DNA of 64,000 nucleotides from contig JBNLGJ010000066.1 of assembly GCA_050305995.1 (NCBI GenBank), forward strand, positions 3,036 through 67,035, written 5' to 3'. Positions 17,552 to 27,199 of this stretch are shown here, one piece after another. Position numbers and translations under genes: made by a program. The notes under the pieces are model-generated. The model saw nothing but the letters and a program-made list of their open reading frames with translations, made no database searches and had not been told where the DNA came from. Positions within the stretch are counted from its first letter, which is position 1, and each line of letters starts with the position of its first letter. This DNA is from Cellvibrio sp. (lineage in GTDB: Bacteria; Pseudomonadota; Gammaproteobacteria; Pseudomonadales; Cellvibrionaceae).

Positions 17552-18538
17552 CTAGCGCACTACCGCGCTCTTATCCCAGTTAACCCAGCTTTGGATTAAC
17601 AATATGGCGCGGTCCAGTAAAAAGCCGATCAGGCCGATGGTGAGTACCGCCACGCAAATACGGCTGAGGGATTCGGAGGAGCCGTTTTGGAATTCATCCC
17701 ACACAAATTTACCCAGCCCGGGGTTTTGCGCCAGCATTTCAGCGGCGATCAATACCATCCAGGCGATACCCAGGGAGATGCGCAAGCCGGTAAACATCAT
17801 GGGGATAGAGGAGGGCAGTACAATTTTGATCACATGGGTCATCCAGCCCAGGCGCAGTACGCGGCTGACGTTCTGTAAATCTTTGCTCACCCCGGCAACA
17901 CCTACGGCGGTGTTAATCATGGTCGGCCACAGGGAGCAGAGGGTGACGGTAAACATGGAGATGACAAAAGATTTGGAAAACATCGGCGAGTCAGTCACAT
18001 AGACCGCACTCACCACCAGGGTCACCAGCGGCAGCCAGGCCAGCGGTGACACAGGTTTAAAAATCTGGATCAGCGGATTAAACGCTTGATACAGCCGCTG
18101 GCTCAAACCTATCACTATACCGATAGGTATGGCGATCAGTGTGGCTGCCAAAAAGCCGCAGAGCACGGTAATCAAACTGGTTTCAATTTTGTCAAAGTAG
18201 GTTGGGCGACCGGAAAAATCGCGCACCTTTACTTGGGCATTGGGGTCTGCGGCCAAAATAGCGGCGTTACGTTTATCCTGGCGTACATAAAAATCCGCTT
18301 CGCGTTTTTTTTCGCTTTTGTATTCGTCGATCAGGTTGTTCCACTGCTCATAAACCTGCGCCGGGCCGGGGAACTGGCCCAGCGAGGTTTTGACATGAGG
18401 CGCGCCGACATGCCAAAAAAACAGAAAGGCGAGCAATCCGGCCATGGGCACCAAAATATTCAGCACCAAGCTGCGTATTTTACTGGGCGACATTTTTTCC
18501 AGATTGATTTTTTTTAGGGAGGTCATTGCGATACTCAT
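17552..18538 (-). CDS. Nitrate-type ABC transporter permease (NrtB-like)
   Basis: FKPVSPLAWLP, WPTMINTAVGV, AEMLAQNPGLGKFVWDEFQNGS. Confidence 0.92.
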   Translation of the reverse strand: MSIAMTSLKKINLEKMSPSKIRSLVLNILVPMAGLLAFLFFWHVGAPHVKTSLGQFPGPAQVYEQWNNLIDEYKSEKKREADFYVRQDKRNAAILAADPNAQVKVRDFSGRPTYFDKIETSLITVLCGFLAATLIAIPIGIVIGLSQRLYQAFNPLIQIFKPVSPLAWLPLVTLVVSAVYVTDSPMFSKSFVISMFTVTLCSLWPTMINTAVGVAGVSKDLQNVSRVLRLGWMTHVIKIVLPSSIPMMFTGLRISLGIAWMVLIAAEMLAQNPGLGKFVWDEFQNGSSESLSRICVAVLTIGLIGFLLDRAILLIQSWVNWDKSAVVR

Positions 18539-18601
18539 GAACTTTTCCTCTGCAATAGGTGCAGCTGAGCTGCACCTTATAATTGTCTAACGGGGTAAGG
18601 C

Positions 18602-20053
18602 TTAAAGCTTCTGATCGCCTTTAAGGCCAATAGCAAATTTGGTCAGATACTCGTTGGGCTTGGTCGCGTCAAAAGTCACACCGTCGATAAACTTGGTTTC
18701 ATCGGGCGCGCGCATGCCGGTCACCTTATCCAGATCGGGGAAGTCAGACGCTTTCATTTTTCCCTCTTCAATCAAGTCTTTAACCGCCTGGCGATACACC
18801 TCGGGCAGAAACACACTTTTAGCGGTTTCCATGTACCAGCTGTCGGGTTTGGCTTCGCCAATTTGGCCCCAGCGGCGCATTTGCGTCAGGTACCAAATGG
18901 CATCCGAGTAGTAGGGGTAGTTGGCGTTGTAGCGGAAGAACACGTTGTAGTCTGGCTCGTCGCGCAGGTCGCCGCGGTCGTACTCAAATTTACCGGTCAT
19001 GGAGTTGGCAATAACTTTGTAGTCGGCGCCTACATAGTGAGAAGCGGAAATCATTTTGGCACCGGCAGAGCGATTGGCGTTGTTGTTGGCATCCAGCCAA
19101 TAGGCGGCGCGGATCAGCGCTTTAACCACGTGGATGTGGGTTTTGGGGTATTTGTCGGCCCACTCTTTGGTTACGCCAAACACTTTTTCGGTGAGGTTGG
19201 AGTGAATGTCGCGGTTAGTTACTACAGGCACACCAATTCCGCGGAAAACTGCCTGCTGGTTCCAGGGTTCACCCACCATGTAACCTTTAATAGTGCCAGC
19301 TTCCAGGGTAGCGGGCATTTGCGGTGGTGGGGTTACCGAGAGCAAAACATCGGCATTTAGTTGGCCGGTAATATCACCTTTTGCCGGTGCATAAAAACCT
19401 GGGTTAATACCCGCGGCAGCGAGCCAGTAGCGAATTTCGTAGTTGTGGGTAGACACTGGGAACACCATACCCATGGGGAAGGTTTGGCCGGCATCTTTGG
19501 CCTTTTGAATAATGGGTTTAAGCGCATCAGCTTTGATTGGGTGGATAGGTTTGCCGCTGCCATCAACCGGCACATTCTTTTTCATTTGTTTCCAAACATC
19601 GTTGGCAACGGTTAAGCCATTGCCATTGAGATCCATGGTGAAAGCCGTAACCAAATGGGCGCTGGTACCAAAGCCGATAGTGGCGCCTATGGGCTGGCCG
19701 GCAAGCATATGGGAGCCATCCAGCTCGCCGGTAATAACGCGGTCGAGCACCACTTTCCAGTTGGCTTGCGCCTCCAGTTCCACACTCAGGCCTTCATCAT
19801 CAAAGTAGCCATTTTCGTAGGCAACGGCTAAGGGCGCCATATCAGTCAATTTGATAAAGCCGAATTTCAGTGTGTCTTTTTCGGCGGCGCCGGTGGCCGC
19901 CTGAACGCTACTCAGGCTGCAAGCACTGACCACAATGCCCATGCACAATGCCAGCAGTTGGCGACGAGTTTTGGGGGCGTTTGTAGCTTTAGTTTGCGAA
20001 AACATTTTTTTAAATTTTTTAAGTGAAACCAATCTAGTCATGGTGAAACTCAT
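18602..20053 (-). CDS. CmpA/NrtA-family substrate-binding protein
   Basis: [62 protein letters not shown]. Confidence 0.93.
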   Translation of the reverse strand: MSFTMTRLVSLKKFKKMFSQTKATNAPKTRRQLLALCMGIVVSACSLSSVQAATGAAEKDTLKFGFIKLTDMAPLAVAYENGYFDDEGLSVELEAQANWKVVLDRVITGELDGSHMLAGQPIGATIGFGTSAHLVTAFTMDLNGNGLTVANDVWKQMKKNVPVDGSGKPIHPIKADALKPIIQKAKDAGQTFPMGMVFPVSTHNYEIRYWLAAAGINPGFYAPAKGDITGQLNADVLLSVTPPPQMPATLEAGTIKGYMVGEPWNQQAVFRGIGVPVVTNRDIHSNLTEKVFGVTKEWADKYPKTHIHVVKALIRAAYWLDANNNANRSAGAKMISASHYVGADYKVIANSMTGKFEYDRGDLRDEPDYNVFFRYNANYPYYSDAIWYLTQMRRWGQIGEAKPDSWYMETAKSVFLPEVYRQAVKDLIEEGKMKASDFPDLDKVTGMRAPDETKFIDGVTFDATKPNEYLTKFAIGLKGDQKL

Positions 20054-20215
20054 AGCGTTGCTCCTGGCTGTGGGTAAGCGATCAAATAGTTGTAGGTAAC
20101 TCGCTAAATCAACATCAAAAAACTCAAGTCGTTAAAAGCTGGGAGAGGACGGTTAAGGCGCCTTAGGCCTGCCTTGGTGTTGGCCTTCCCAGCCAAGTGC
20201 GCACAAGGGGTAATA

Positions 20216-20231
20216 TTCAAACACTGTGCCA
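20216..20231 (-). promoter_or_regulatory. Sigma54 (-24/-12) promoter of the nitrate-type ABC operon
   Basis: Minus strand reads TGGCACAGTGTTTGAA versus consensus TGGCACGNNNNTTGCW; spacing is correct and -12 is GA instead of GC. Confidence 0.6.
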
Positions 20232-20410
20232 AAAGCAAAAATCACCTCAATGGGGCAAAAATGATCCGGTTAATCTGATTTTGTAACTTGGATAGGAGCG
20301 ACTTCTGCGCCCAGTGCACTGGTAGTAAACATCAAAAATTGGCGAGTGCTTTTTTGGGGCAAATTTGCTGGCGACTTTTTTGAAAATGCTAAATTGTTTG
20401 GTGCGCAGCC

Positions 20411-20427
20411 TGCACTTAATTTGCGCA
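20411..20427. promoter_or_regulatory. NtrC-like binding site
   Basis: TGCACTTAATTTGCGCA (TGCAC-N7-GYGCA), about 180 bp upstream of the sigma54 element. Confidence 0.4.
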
Positions 20428-20584
20428 GTCGTGCATTTGCGGCGGTTTTCTTTGCGCTAGGTGGCAAGTTTTTGTGTTCAAATTCTTCTTGCTGTAGTTA
20501 AAAAATTCTTTGTAATTCCTTTAGTTATCTAAAAATTTAAGGTCTGAGCAGCGGGGCTATACTGAAAGGGGAAAATCAACCTGA

Positions 20585-21751
20585 GTGAGTTGGCTGACAA
20601 TGAAAATAGGGCGCACATTAGGCTTTTTTGCGGTTTTGTCGCTTTGGGGCTGTTCGTCTCTGGTGCAAAAACCTGACTTTGCCCTGGATTCCCGGCTATT
20701 GGCCGAGGCGCTATCGGGTCAGGCGATACTTGGCCAGCCCTATAGTGCGGAGCAACTGCCTGAGGATGACCTGTTTGGGCTTACCCCAGAGATGATGAGC
20801 TTTGCCGAGCGCGCTGTTGCTCAGGCGTCTTCCTCCAGCAGCAAGACAGAGGCGCTGCACCACGCACTTATGGAGCAGACCGGCCGAGGAATTACCTACT
20901 CCGCCCTAAACACAACTACGGGTATAGAGGCGTTTGCACAGCGCCAGGCCAACTGCCTGAGTTATACCCTGTTGTTTGTCGCCATGGCGCGTCACCTGGG
21001 GGTCAACGCTCGCTATAATGAGGTATTGCTGCCCCCCACCTGGGATATGCGCGAGGACAATACCTATTTATTCATGCGTCATGTGAATGCCAAGGTGGCA
21101 TCCCGCCGCATGAACTTTGGCTGGGTGAGGCTGATGGATTCGTTCGAGGTGGCAGATATAGTCATCGATTTGGAGATGCGCCTCTACCGCCCCCATTACC
21201 CACAACACTTTATCGACAACAACGAGATAGCCGCTCAGTACTATTCCAACAGGGGTATGGAGTTGGCTGCATCGGGCGAAAGGGACAGGGCTTTTTTGTA
21301 TTTGCGCCGGGCGCTGCTGCTCAATAAAACGGCCAGTTATATCTGGAACAACCTGGGCAGTTTTTACCGCCGCCAGGGCATGCTGCCATTGGCAGAGGTT
21401 AGCTACTTGCAAGGGCTGACGGTTAATGCTCGCGACCCGAGTATTTTATATAATCTCGTGGGCCTCTATGAGCTGCTGGGTAATCGCGAGCGCAGCGAGT
21501 ACTTTTCTTCTCGCGTAAAGTTACACCGCGAAGCCAACCCCTATTATCAATATCAGCAGGCGCAACAACAATTTACTGATGGCAATTACCCAGCGGCGCG
21601 TATTGCTATAGAGCGATCGCTTAAGGCGGAAAAAAAGGAGCCGCGCTTTTATTATCTGGCCGCCGATATCTATCAAAAACTCGGTGAGACAAGGTTGGTT
21701 GAAAAAATGCGCACTAAGGCTGAGGCGGCAGCCAAGCTTGACGGCTTATAG
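20585..21751 (+). CDS. Lipoprotein with transglutaminase-like domain and TPR repeats (start may be ATG 20600)
   Basis: Lipobox LWGC; ANCLSYTLLFVAMARHLG Cys motif, RHVN; TPR helices (IWNNLGSFYRRQG, LYNLVGLY). Confidence 0.7.
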   Translation: MSWLTMKIGRTLGFFAVLSLWGCSSLVQKPDFALDSRLLAEALSGQAILGQPYSAEQLPEDDLFGLTPEMMSFAERAVAQASSSSSKTEALHHALMEQTGRGITYSALNTTTGIEAFAQRQANCLSYTLLFVAMARHLGVNARYNEVLLPPTWDMREDNTYLFMRHVNAKVASRRMNFGWVRLMDSFEVADIVIDLEMRLYRPHYPQHFIDNNEIAAQYYSNRGMELAASGERDRAFLYLRRALLLNKTASYIWNNLGSFYRRQGMLPLAEVSYLQGLTVNARDPSILYNLVGLYELLGNRERSEYFSSRVKLHREANPYYQYQQAQQQFTDGNYPAARIAIERSLKAEKKEPRFYYLAADIYQKLGETRLVEKMRTKAEAAAKLDGL

Positions 21752-22280
21752 CCAGTTGAATACTGCCCAGGGTGAAGCCCCATTTGCTCAGCTTGGATTC
21801 GTTGATGATGGTATTAGCATCAACTTGCCACATCCAATCATCCACATTAAGTATTAACGGCTTGTCGTTGTAGCTTATTTGCAGCTGGTAATTTAAATGC
21901 ATGGCGTTGCCCGCCACTTCGGCCTTGCCATCACCTATTACATCGCCTGCGCGCGCCACATAGGTTTTGCTTTTGCCAGATATACTGCTGGGCACCAGGC
22001 TCCACACGCGAGTTTGCACTTCGCCATCGTTAAATAGAAACTTTTCCTCCAGAGTGCCCTGGCCGTTTTGCCAGTGGGCTTTGATGCTAGCACTAAAGTA
22101 GCGAATGACTTTGCCCGAGCGATTTTTGACAACGCCTTGGGCGCTGAGGTCGCCGCTAAAAAACTCCTCAGGTGTAAACGCCGGGCGATTCTGGGCGTAA
22201 TCATCCAGGGATTGAGTGGCGCAGGAGGCTAGCATAAGTGTTAGACCGACAAGTGATACCAAGGTAATAAATAATTTCAT
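21714..22280 (-). CDS. DUF3833-family lipoprotein
   Basis: Lipobox LASC after ATG 22280; F.PEEFF.G.L.A.G, A.DVIG, DDWMW..D..T.IN...K.G; overlaps the convergent gene by 38 nt. Confidence 0.8.
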   Translation of the reverse strand: MKLFITLVSLVGLTLMLASCATQSLDDYAQNRPAFTPEEFFSGDLSAQGVVKNRSGKVIRYFSASIKAHWQNGQGTLEEKFLFNDGEVQTRVWSLVPSSISGKSKTYVARAGDVIGDGKAEVAGNAMHLNYQLQISYNDKPLILNVDDWMWQVDANTIINESKLSKWGFTLGSIQLAISRQAWLPPQP

Positions 22281-22425
22281 TGGGCTTAACCCGATCAGCA
22301 TTGGTGGAAGCGCAATCTTGATAATTGATACGTGAGCCACTAGCAGCCAGATCAATCAGTGCAAATAAATACAAGCTAGGGGCGGGCTGTTAAACTTGAT
22401 GACAATTAAACGGTGGATTAATCCT

Positions 22426-23043
22426 ATGAATTTTGATGTGGCGCAGCTGGACCCCCAGCGTATATATCAACTATTGGCAGGCGGTGTAGTGCCCAGGCCT
22501 ATTGCCTGGATCAGCAGCCTGAGTGACAAGGGGGTGCACAATATCGCACCCTATTCATTTTTTACGGTGGCCAGTTGCAACCCGCCAGTGCTGGCGGTGA
22601 CCCAGGTGAACCCACGCGATAGAGCTTTCAAGGATACGCTACAAAACCTGCAGGCAACTGGCGATGCGGTGGTGAATATTGTCAGTGCTGCCCAGGCTGA
22701 ACTTATGAACCAAAGTTGTGGCGACTATGCGGCGGATATTTCTGAATTCGATATAGTGGCTATTGCCAGCGTGGCCAGCGAAAAGGTGCGGGCGCTGGGG
22801 GTGGCTGATGCTCAGGTGCGCTACGAGTGCCGTCTGCGCGAAGTGATTGAAGTATCCAGCTTGCCCCTCGGCGGGCGCATGATGCTGCTCGATGTACTGC
22901 ATATCTATGTAGCGGAACAAACTATGCGGGAAGGGAAAATTTCTGCTGAGGCACTGGATGCTATTGGCAAGCTGGGTGGCGATGGCTATTGCCGCACGCG
23001 CGACAGCTTTGAATTGGCGCGCCCGCAAATTATTCGAGGATAA
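22426..23043 (+). CDS. Flavin reductase-like protein
   Basis: GGVVPRPIAWISS, NIAPYSFF, KDTLQN, VVNIVS, KLGGDGY. Confidence 0.85.
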   Translation: MNFDVAQLDPQRIYQLLAGGVVPRPIAWISSLSDKGVHNIAPYSFFTVASCNPPVLAVTQVNPRDRAFKDTLQNLQATGDAVVNIVSAAQAELMNQSCGDYAADISEFDIVAIASVASEKVRALGVADAQVRYECRLREVIEVSSLPLGGRMMLLDVLHIYVAEQTMREGKISAEALDAIGKLGGDGYCRTRDSFELARPQIIRG

Positions 23044-23046
23044 ACC

Positions 23047-23529
23047 ATGAGCCAGTTTTACCACTTTAACGCACCCTCTCTCAGCGGCGAAGCCAAATCC
23101 ATGAGCGAATACGCTGGCAAGCTGGTGTTGGTGGTGAATACCGCCAGCCGCTGTGGCTTCACCCCACAATACGCCGGGCTGGAAAAACTCTACCGCGAAT
23201 TTAACCATCAGGGCCTGGTCATTCTGGGCTTTCCCTGCAACCAGTTTGGCAAGCAGGAGCCGGGTGATGCGGCGCAAATAGAACAGACCTGCTATATCAA
23301 TTATGGCGTTAGCTTTCCGATGTTTGCCAAGCTGGAAGTGAATGGCGCCAATGCTCATCCAATGTTTGATTGGCTTAAGCAAGAGTTGCCTGGATTTCCC
23401 GGGCGCGCCATCAAATGGAACTTCACCAAATTTTTGATTAATAAAAAGGGACAAGCGCTTAAGCGCTTTGCCCCTTTTACCGCGCCGGAAAAACTGCGCG
23501 ATATTATTCAGCGCGAACTGAATAAATAA
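23047..23529 (+). CDS. Glutathione peroxidase-family protein
   Basis: VVNTASRCGFTPQY, LGFPCNQFG.QEPG, IKWNFTKFL. Confidence 0.95.
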   Translation: MSQFYHFNAPSLSGEAKSMSEYAGKLVLVVNTASRCGFTPQYAGLEKLYREFNHQGLVILGFPCNQFGKQEPGDAAQIEQTCYINYGVSFPMFAKLEVNGANAHPMFDWLKQELPGFPGRAIKWNFTKFLINKKGQALKRFAPFTAPEKLRDIIQRELNK

Positions 23530-23636
23530 TAGTGCGGCACAGGGATGTGCCGCCGTCAGCTGAAGGCTGGCGCTAGCCCTGGAAAGTCAAGCAGATTTAC
23601 GCATCTGCGCCGGATTTTCCAGGGCGCCGATCAAAT
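23528..23636 (-). repeat. 109-bp palindromic dispersed repeat, copy 2
   Basis: Inverted copy of 14667-14775 (3 mismatches); overlaps the TAA of the peroxidase gene. Confidence 0.9.
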
Positions 23637-23665
23637 ATGTCAGGACGATATATTTGATCGCCGGG

Positions 23666-24571
23666 TTAATAGTGGAAAAAAATTAAATAGAGCAGACCTA
23701 TATATAGCCCGTATTGCAGGATATTGTAAAGCGGGCGATTAAATGCCTTGATTTTTTTACCAAGCAGCCCCACCCGGTAAACTGCACCAAAAATATAATT
23801 GAGAAAGCCAACCTTGTCGCCCTTGATATTTTTGGTGGCGGCACCGGCAACCACCAGGCGTGAAAAGGCGCGATTAATCCAATCCACCAAAAAGAAATTA
23901 ATCGGACGTTTGATGTCCAGGAATAAAATAATGCGATTTTTATCGCTTTTATTTTCCGCGCTGTGAATATAAGTTTCATCAAACATCACCACTTCGCCAT
24001 CGCGCCAGGAGTAGCGCTGGCCATCGACATCAATAAAGCAATCGTCCGAGTTGGGCGTTACCAATCCCAGGTGATAGCGCAGTGAACCGGCGTAGGGATC
24101 GCGGTGGGCCCCCAGGCGTGCGCCCGGTGGCAGCATGGTAAACATGGCGCCTTTAACCTGAGGTAACTGATTGAGCAGTGCCAGGGTTTTGGGGCAAAGC
24201 TGTTCGGCTGATCGGAGGTTGGCGCCATACCACTTGAGGTAAAAACGCTTCCAGCCCGTGCGGAAAAATGAGTTAAAACCCAGGTCATCGAGATCGGCCG
24301 ATGCTTTAATATGCGCTGCTTCGTTTAGTTGCAAAGCTTCGTCGCGAATCAACTCCCAGTTATCTTGCAATACTTTTAATTCGGGAAATTTAGCGGGGTC
24401 AATAAAGGGGGTATTTTTCTCGCTGGAAAACAGATAGAACAAGCAGTTAATAGGGGCGAGAAAATTAGCGTGATCGGTCAGGCGGCGGGCAAAACGAACA
24501 TGCTGCACTTGACCGCGATTTTGCACATAAATACTACAAAGAACAAAGACAATAAAGATGGTTATTCCCAT
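23666..24571 (-). CDS. lpxO: Lipid A hydroxylase LpxO (Asp/Asn beta-hydroxylase family)
   Basis: LTDHANFLAPIN, FNSFFRTGWKRFYLKWY, HRDPYAGSLRYHLGL, FDETYIH, RIILFLDI. Confidence 0.88.
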   Translation of the reverse strand: MGITIFIVFVLCSIYVQNRGQVQHVRFARRLTDHANFLAPINCLFYLFSSEKNTPFIDPAKFPELKVLQDNWELIRDEALQLNEAAHIKASADLDDLGFNSFFRTGWKRFYLKWYGANLRSAEQLCPKTLALLNQLPQVKGAMFTMLPPGARLGAHRDPYAGSLRYHLGLVTPNSDDCFIDVDGQRYSWRDGEVVMFDETYIHSAENKSDKNRIILFLDIKRPINFFLVDWINRAFSRLVVAGAATKNIKGDKVGFLNYIFGAVYRVGLLGKKIKAFNRPLYNILQYGLYIGLLYLIFFHY

Positions 24572-24982
24572 AGCTATCTCTTCCTTTAGGGGGTGCGGCG
24601 ATTGGCGGGCGTTAAGTTAATGCCCCAGGCCAGGCTAATCAAGCCCAATCAACTATTAATGACAAGTGTAAGGACGCATTGTAGTAAAGATTAAATACCT
24701 GCCAACAGCCATAGGTTTTTAGGTGCCAGAATTTTCGCTTATCTATTGAGTAGAGGGGGGGGGAGGCAGTGGTGACGCGGGCGGGGTAGCAGGCAGGTTC
24801 CAGGTATCCCGGCCAGTTTTGGGTTAGGGCTCTATTGGTTTCACTCTGGGGTGTTGCTGGTGGTGAGTGTCCGCTTCCGAGGGAGCTTCAGGTCAGGCCC
24901 TCAAGTGTTAACTCCTTTGGGGACGTGATACGGTACCTCCTATTCCTTCATACGATTAGCTGATGCTGGCGAATATTATCTG

Positions 24983-25113
24983 GGCGAAGCCGAGACGGCA
25001 CTTATCGCGCTGGGTCACAAACCTACCGAAGCCAGCAAGATGGTCGCCGCTGCCGTTAAGCAAAAAGCGAATATTTAATCTGCATGGTGCTGCGCAGCAT
25101 GGTTAGCGCCTAG
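24983..25113 (+). pseudogene. ruvA: Isolated 3' fragment of ruvA (domain III) with a frameshift
   Basis: GEAETALIALGHKPTEASKMVAAAVKQK, then a frameshift, then EYLICMVLRSMVSA*; resembles the RuvA C-terminus EA..AL.ALGYKP.EA..MV.....E.LIR.ALR. Confidence 0.7.
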
Positions 25114-25276
25114 ATCAAGCCATGATTATTAAGCCGTCATTCATACACGAAGAAGCAAGATGCGCACTGCTCATCAAAGGGGCAAAAAGTTCGAATTTGC
25201 CGAAGATTTTGTTTAGTTTTGTCCGGGTTATTAGCCTGTTGTGCTAAGGCGAAAATACCTCTGCTTGGGCAGCTAG

Positions 25277-25915
25277 CAGACTGCTGAAAAACCCAAAAAA
25301 TACAATAATTGCACAGCAATATAATTTGGAACAAAAAAATGCGCGGCGAAACCTCCACATAAAGCGAACTGTTTAGCTACGTGAGTCTCGAATCACGTAT
25401 TCCGGCGGGTCATCCCATCAGAATAATTCGCAGCGTTGTTGATAAAGCGCTGGCGGATATGAATTCTGCATTCGATGAGATGTATTCCATTATCGGGCGC
25501 CCTCTATTCCGCCCGAGCAACTTATTCGCGCGTTGCTGTTACAAATTTTATTTACGATTCGCTCTGAGCACCAGCTCATGAAACGTCTGGATTACACCTG
25601 ATGTTTCGCTGGTTTGTCGGCCTAGGCATGGATGCCAATGTCTGGCATCCCACCGTATTCACCAAAAATCGAGACCGGGTAATGAAGGACAATGTCGATG
25701 AACTTTTCTTCGGCGCGATTAAGAAACAAGCCTATGCCAAAAAAATGATGTCACGCGATCATTTCAGTGTTAATGGCACTCTGCTGAACGCCTGTGCTCG
25801 ATGAAATCATTCAAACCCAAGGACGGCACTGATGATAATGAAAGTTTTCATGGTCTAAAGTGCAGTAACGAAACGCACGAATCGACAACAGATGCCGATG
25901 CGCGTCTATTTCGCG
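25277..25915 (+). mobile_element. Degenerate, 3'-truncated IS5/IS1182-like insertion sequence
   Basis: Left-end-like CTAG|CAGACTGCTGAAAAA at 25273-25291; MRGETST*SELFSYVSLESRIP..HPIR (ATG 25339, premature TAA); three frameshifts give GRPSIPPEQLIRA, LMFRWFVGL..D..VW.PTVFTKNRDR and HESTTDADARLFR; no right end seen. Confidence 0.85.
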
Positions 25916-26277
25916 CTATCGCCTTAATAGAGAGGCTTCCATATTGAACTGTATCGTTTTTATATGATTATCAGTTGGCGACTGCATTCAATCATAATGC
26001 CGCCAAGGTAAATCCCGAATAGTCCTGTACCCAGACGTTTTCAGGGAGGGAATGGATCATTCTATGGTGAATGAAAACATCGAAAAAATTGCGAATTACA
26101 GCAATTTAGGAAAATAGTAGCCAACATATCGACTTCCCCACAGATAACATCTAATCTGCGCGAATTAGAAATGATTATGTTAAAGAGGTTTGGTGTAAAT
26201 TTGACCAAACAATCGTTGTTAAAATTGGCTGTGGATAAGCATTTTCTGAAAGGTGATTGTTAGCACACTAGAGGCAC

Positions 26278-26697
26278 ATGGACATATACAAGAAAATTCA
26301 GAAAGTTCGTGGTGGTTGTATCGCGGGGATCAAAGAGGCAAAGGTGGAGTCTGTAGAGTCAGCCGCCGAGCTATTTGGCCTTTCGAATGAAAGCGACATC
26401 TATAAAAACATCGAGCGCGCTGAAGCTATAGAGGTTTTAAGGAACGTCCTCCATAAAGACATGGCCTATAGCATAAAAATCATGTCTTCCGAAAAGGCTA
26501 AAAACCTGGCAGTGGAATTCGTAGATAATTTTGGAAAAGAGGCCAAATTCTATACCAATGGTGAATATGGCAAACCACGGAAAAAGCCAAATTTTGGTCC
26601 ATCATGGTCACCAGCTACCGATGCAACTTTCGATACTGGTGTAATTGTAATAATTAAAGAGATGGTTGGTTGTGTTTGGTTTACAGATGAAGACTAG
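26278..26697 (+). CDS. Hypothetical protein in cassette-like context (possible immunity-type protein)
   Basis: AT-rich 139-aa ORF with GAGG RBS; C-terminal ATDATFDTGVIV....GCVWFTDED; preceded by GTTAGCA (26259-26265). Confidence 0.75.
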   Translation: MDIYKKIQKVRGGCIAGIKEAKVESVESAAELFGLSNESDIYKNIERAEAIEVLRNVLHKDMAYSIKIMSSEKAKNLAVEFVDNFGKEAKFYTNGEYGKPRKKPNFGPSWSPATDATFDTGVIVIIKEMVGCVWFTDED

Positions 26698-26787
26698 TAC
26701 TAACAATTCAAAGTGGCTGGCGTGGTAAAGTTGCCACCTCTTTTTATTCCAAAAAACCGCCATCTTCATCCGTTTGATGCGTTAGGC
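26698..26787 (+). other. Degenerate attC-like integron recombination site
   Basis: R''-like TACTAAC right after the stop, CAAA/TTTG inner arms, AAGTTG/CATCTT, terminal TTTTT-ATTCC-AAAAA hairpin, and R' GTTAGGC (26781-26787). Confidence 0.6.
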
Positions 26788-26866
26788 TTTGATTCCCGCT
26801 CCCGTGGATATTCAAATACTTGAGCTTCTTTTGCATCCTCATAACAATCATAGGTAGGTTACACGG

Positions 26867-27199
26867 ATGAATTGGCGCCCACTTGCAACCTGCAAGCAAG
26901 AGTCATTTGCAAGAGGCGTAGTTTTTCGCTTCCCAGCAAAAGCTCCATTTGAGCAAACTGTTGACTTCATGATTATTGAAGATCATGACTCGCCAACCTT
27001 TTATAAACTTATATGTTCTTCTGGATATCACGCTGGCCAAACAGAGTTAGTCTTTCCAATAGAAGCAAAGCATGAAGCCGGCGGAGTCTCAGTGGCTTGG
27101 TTAAAGAAAAATTGGCAAACCTGGGTTTACCCGGAGTGTGAAGCTGAAAACGTTAATTACGCCAATTGCTATCCCGCTGGCCATGTCGAAAAAACCTAA
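26867..27199 (+). CDS. Imm45-like immunity protein
   Basis: RG..FRFPA..PFEQTVDFM...SSGYHAG....FP.EA.....S..WL..NW..WVYPEC pattern; stop overlaps the R''-like ACCTAAC (27194-27200). Confidence 0.7.
   Translation: MNWRPLATCKQESFARGVVFRFPAKAPFEQTVDFMIIEDHDSPTFYKLICSSGYHAGQTELVFPIEAKHEAGGVSVAWLKKNWQTWVYPECEAENVNYANCYPAGHVEKT

Noticed and set aside
20138-20193. Canonical twin ANTAR hairpins in the nitrate-operon leader
   Set aside because: AAGGCA and AAGGCG loops exist, but their closing stems are 2 bp or mismatched.
25947-25976. LexA-box-like inverted repeat AACTG..CAGTT
   Set aside because: The CTG-CAG spacer is 20 nt, not the required 10.
25915-26258. Integron integrase remnant upstream of the cassettes
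   Set aside because: Hand translation of the minus-strand frames gave no IntI-like motif.
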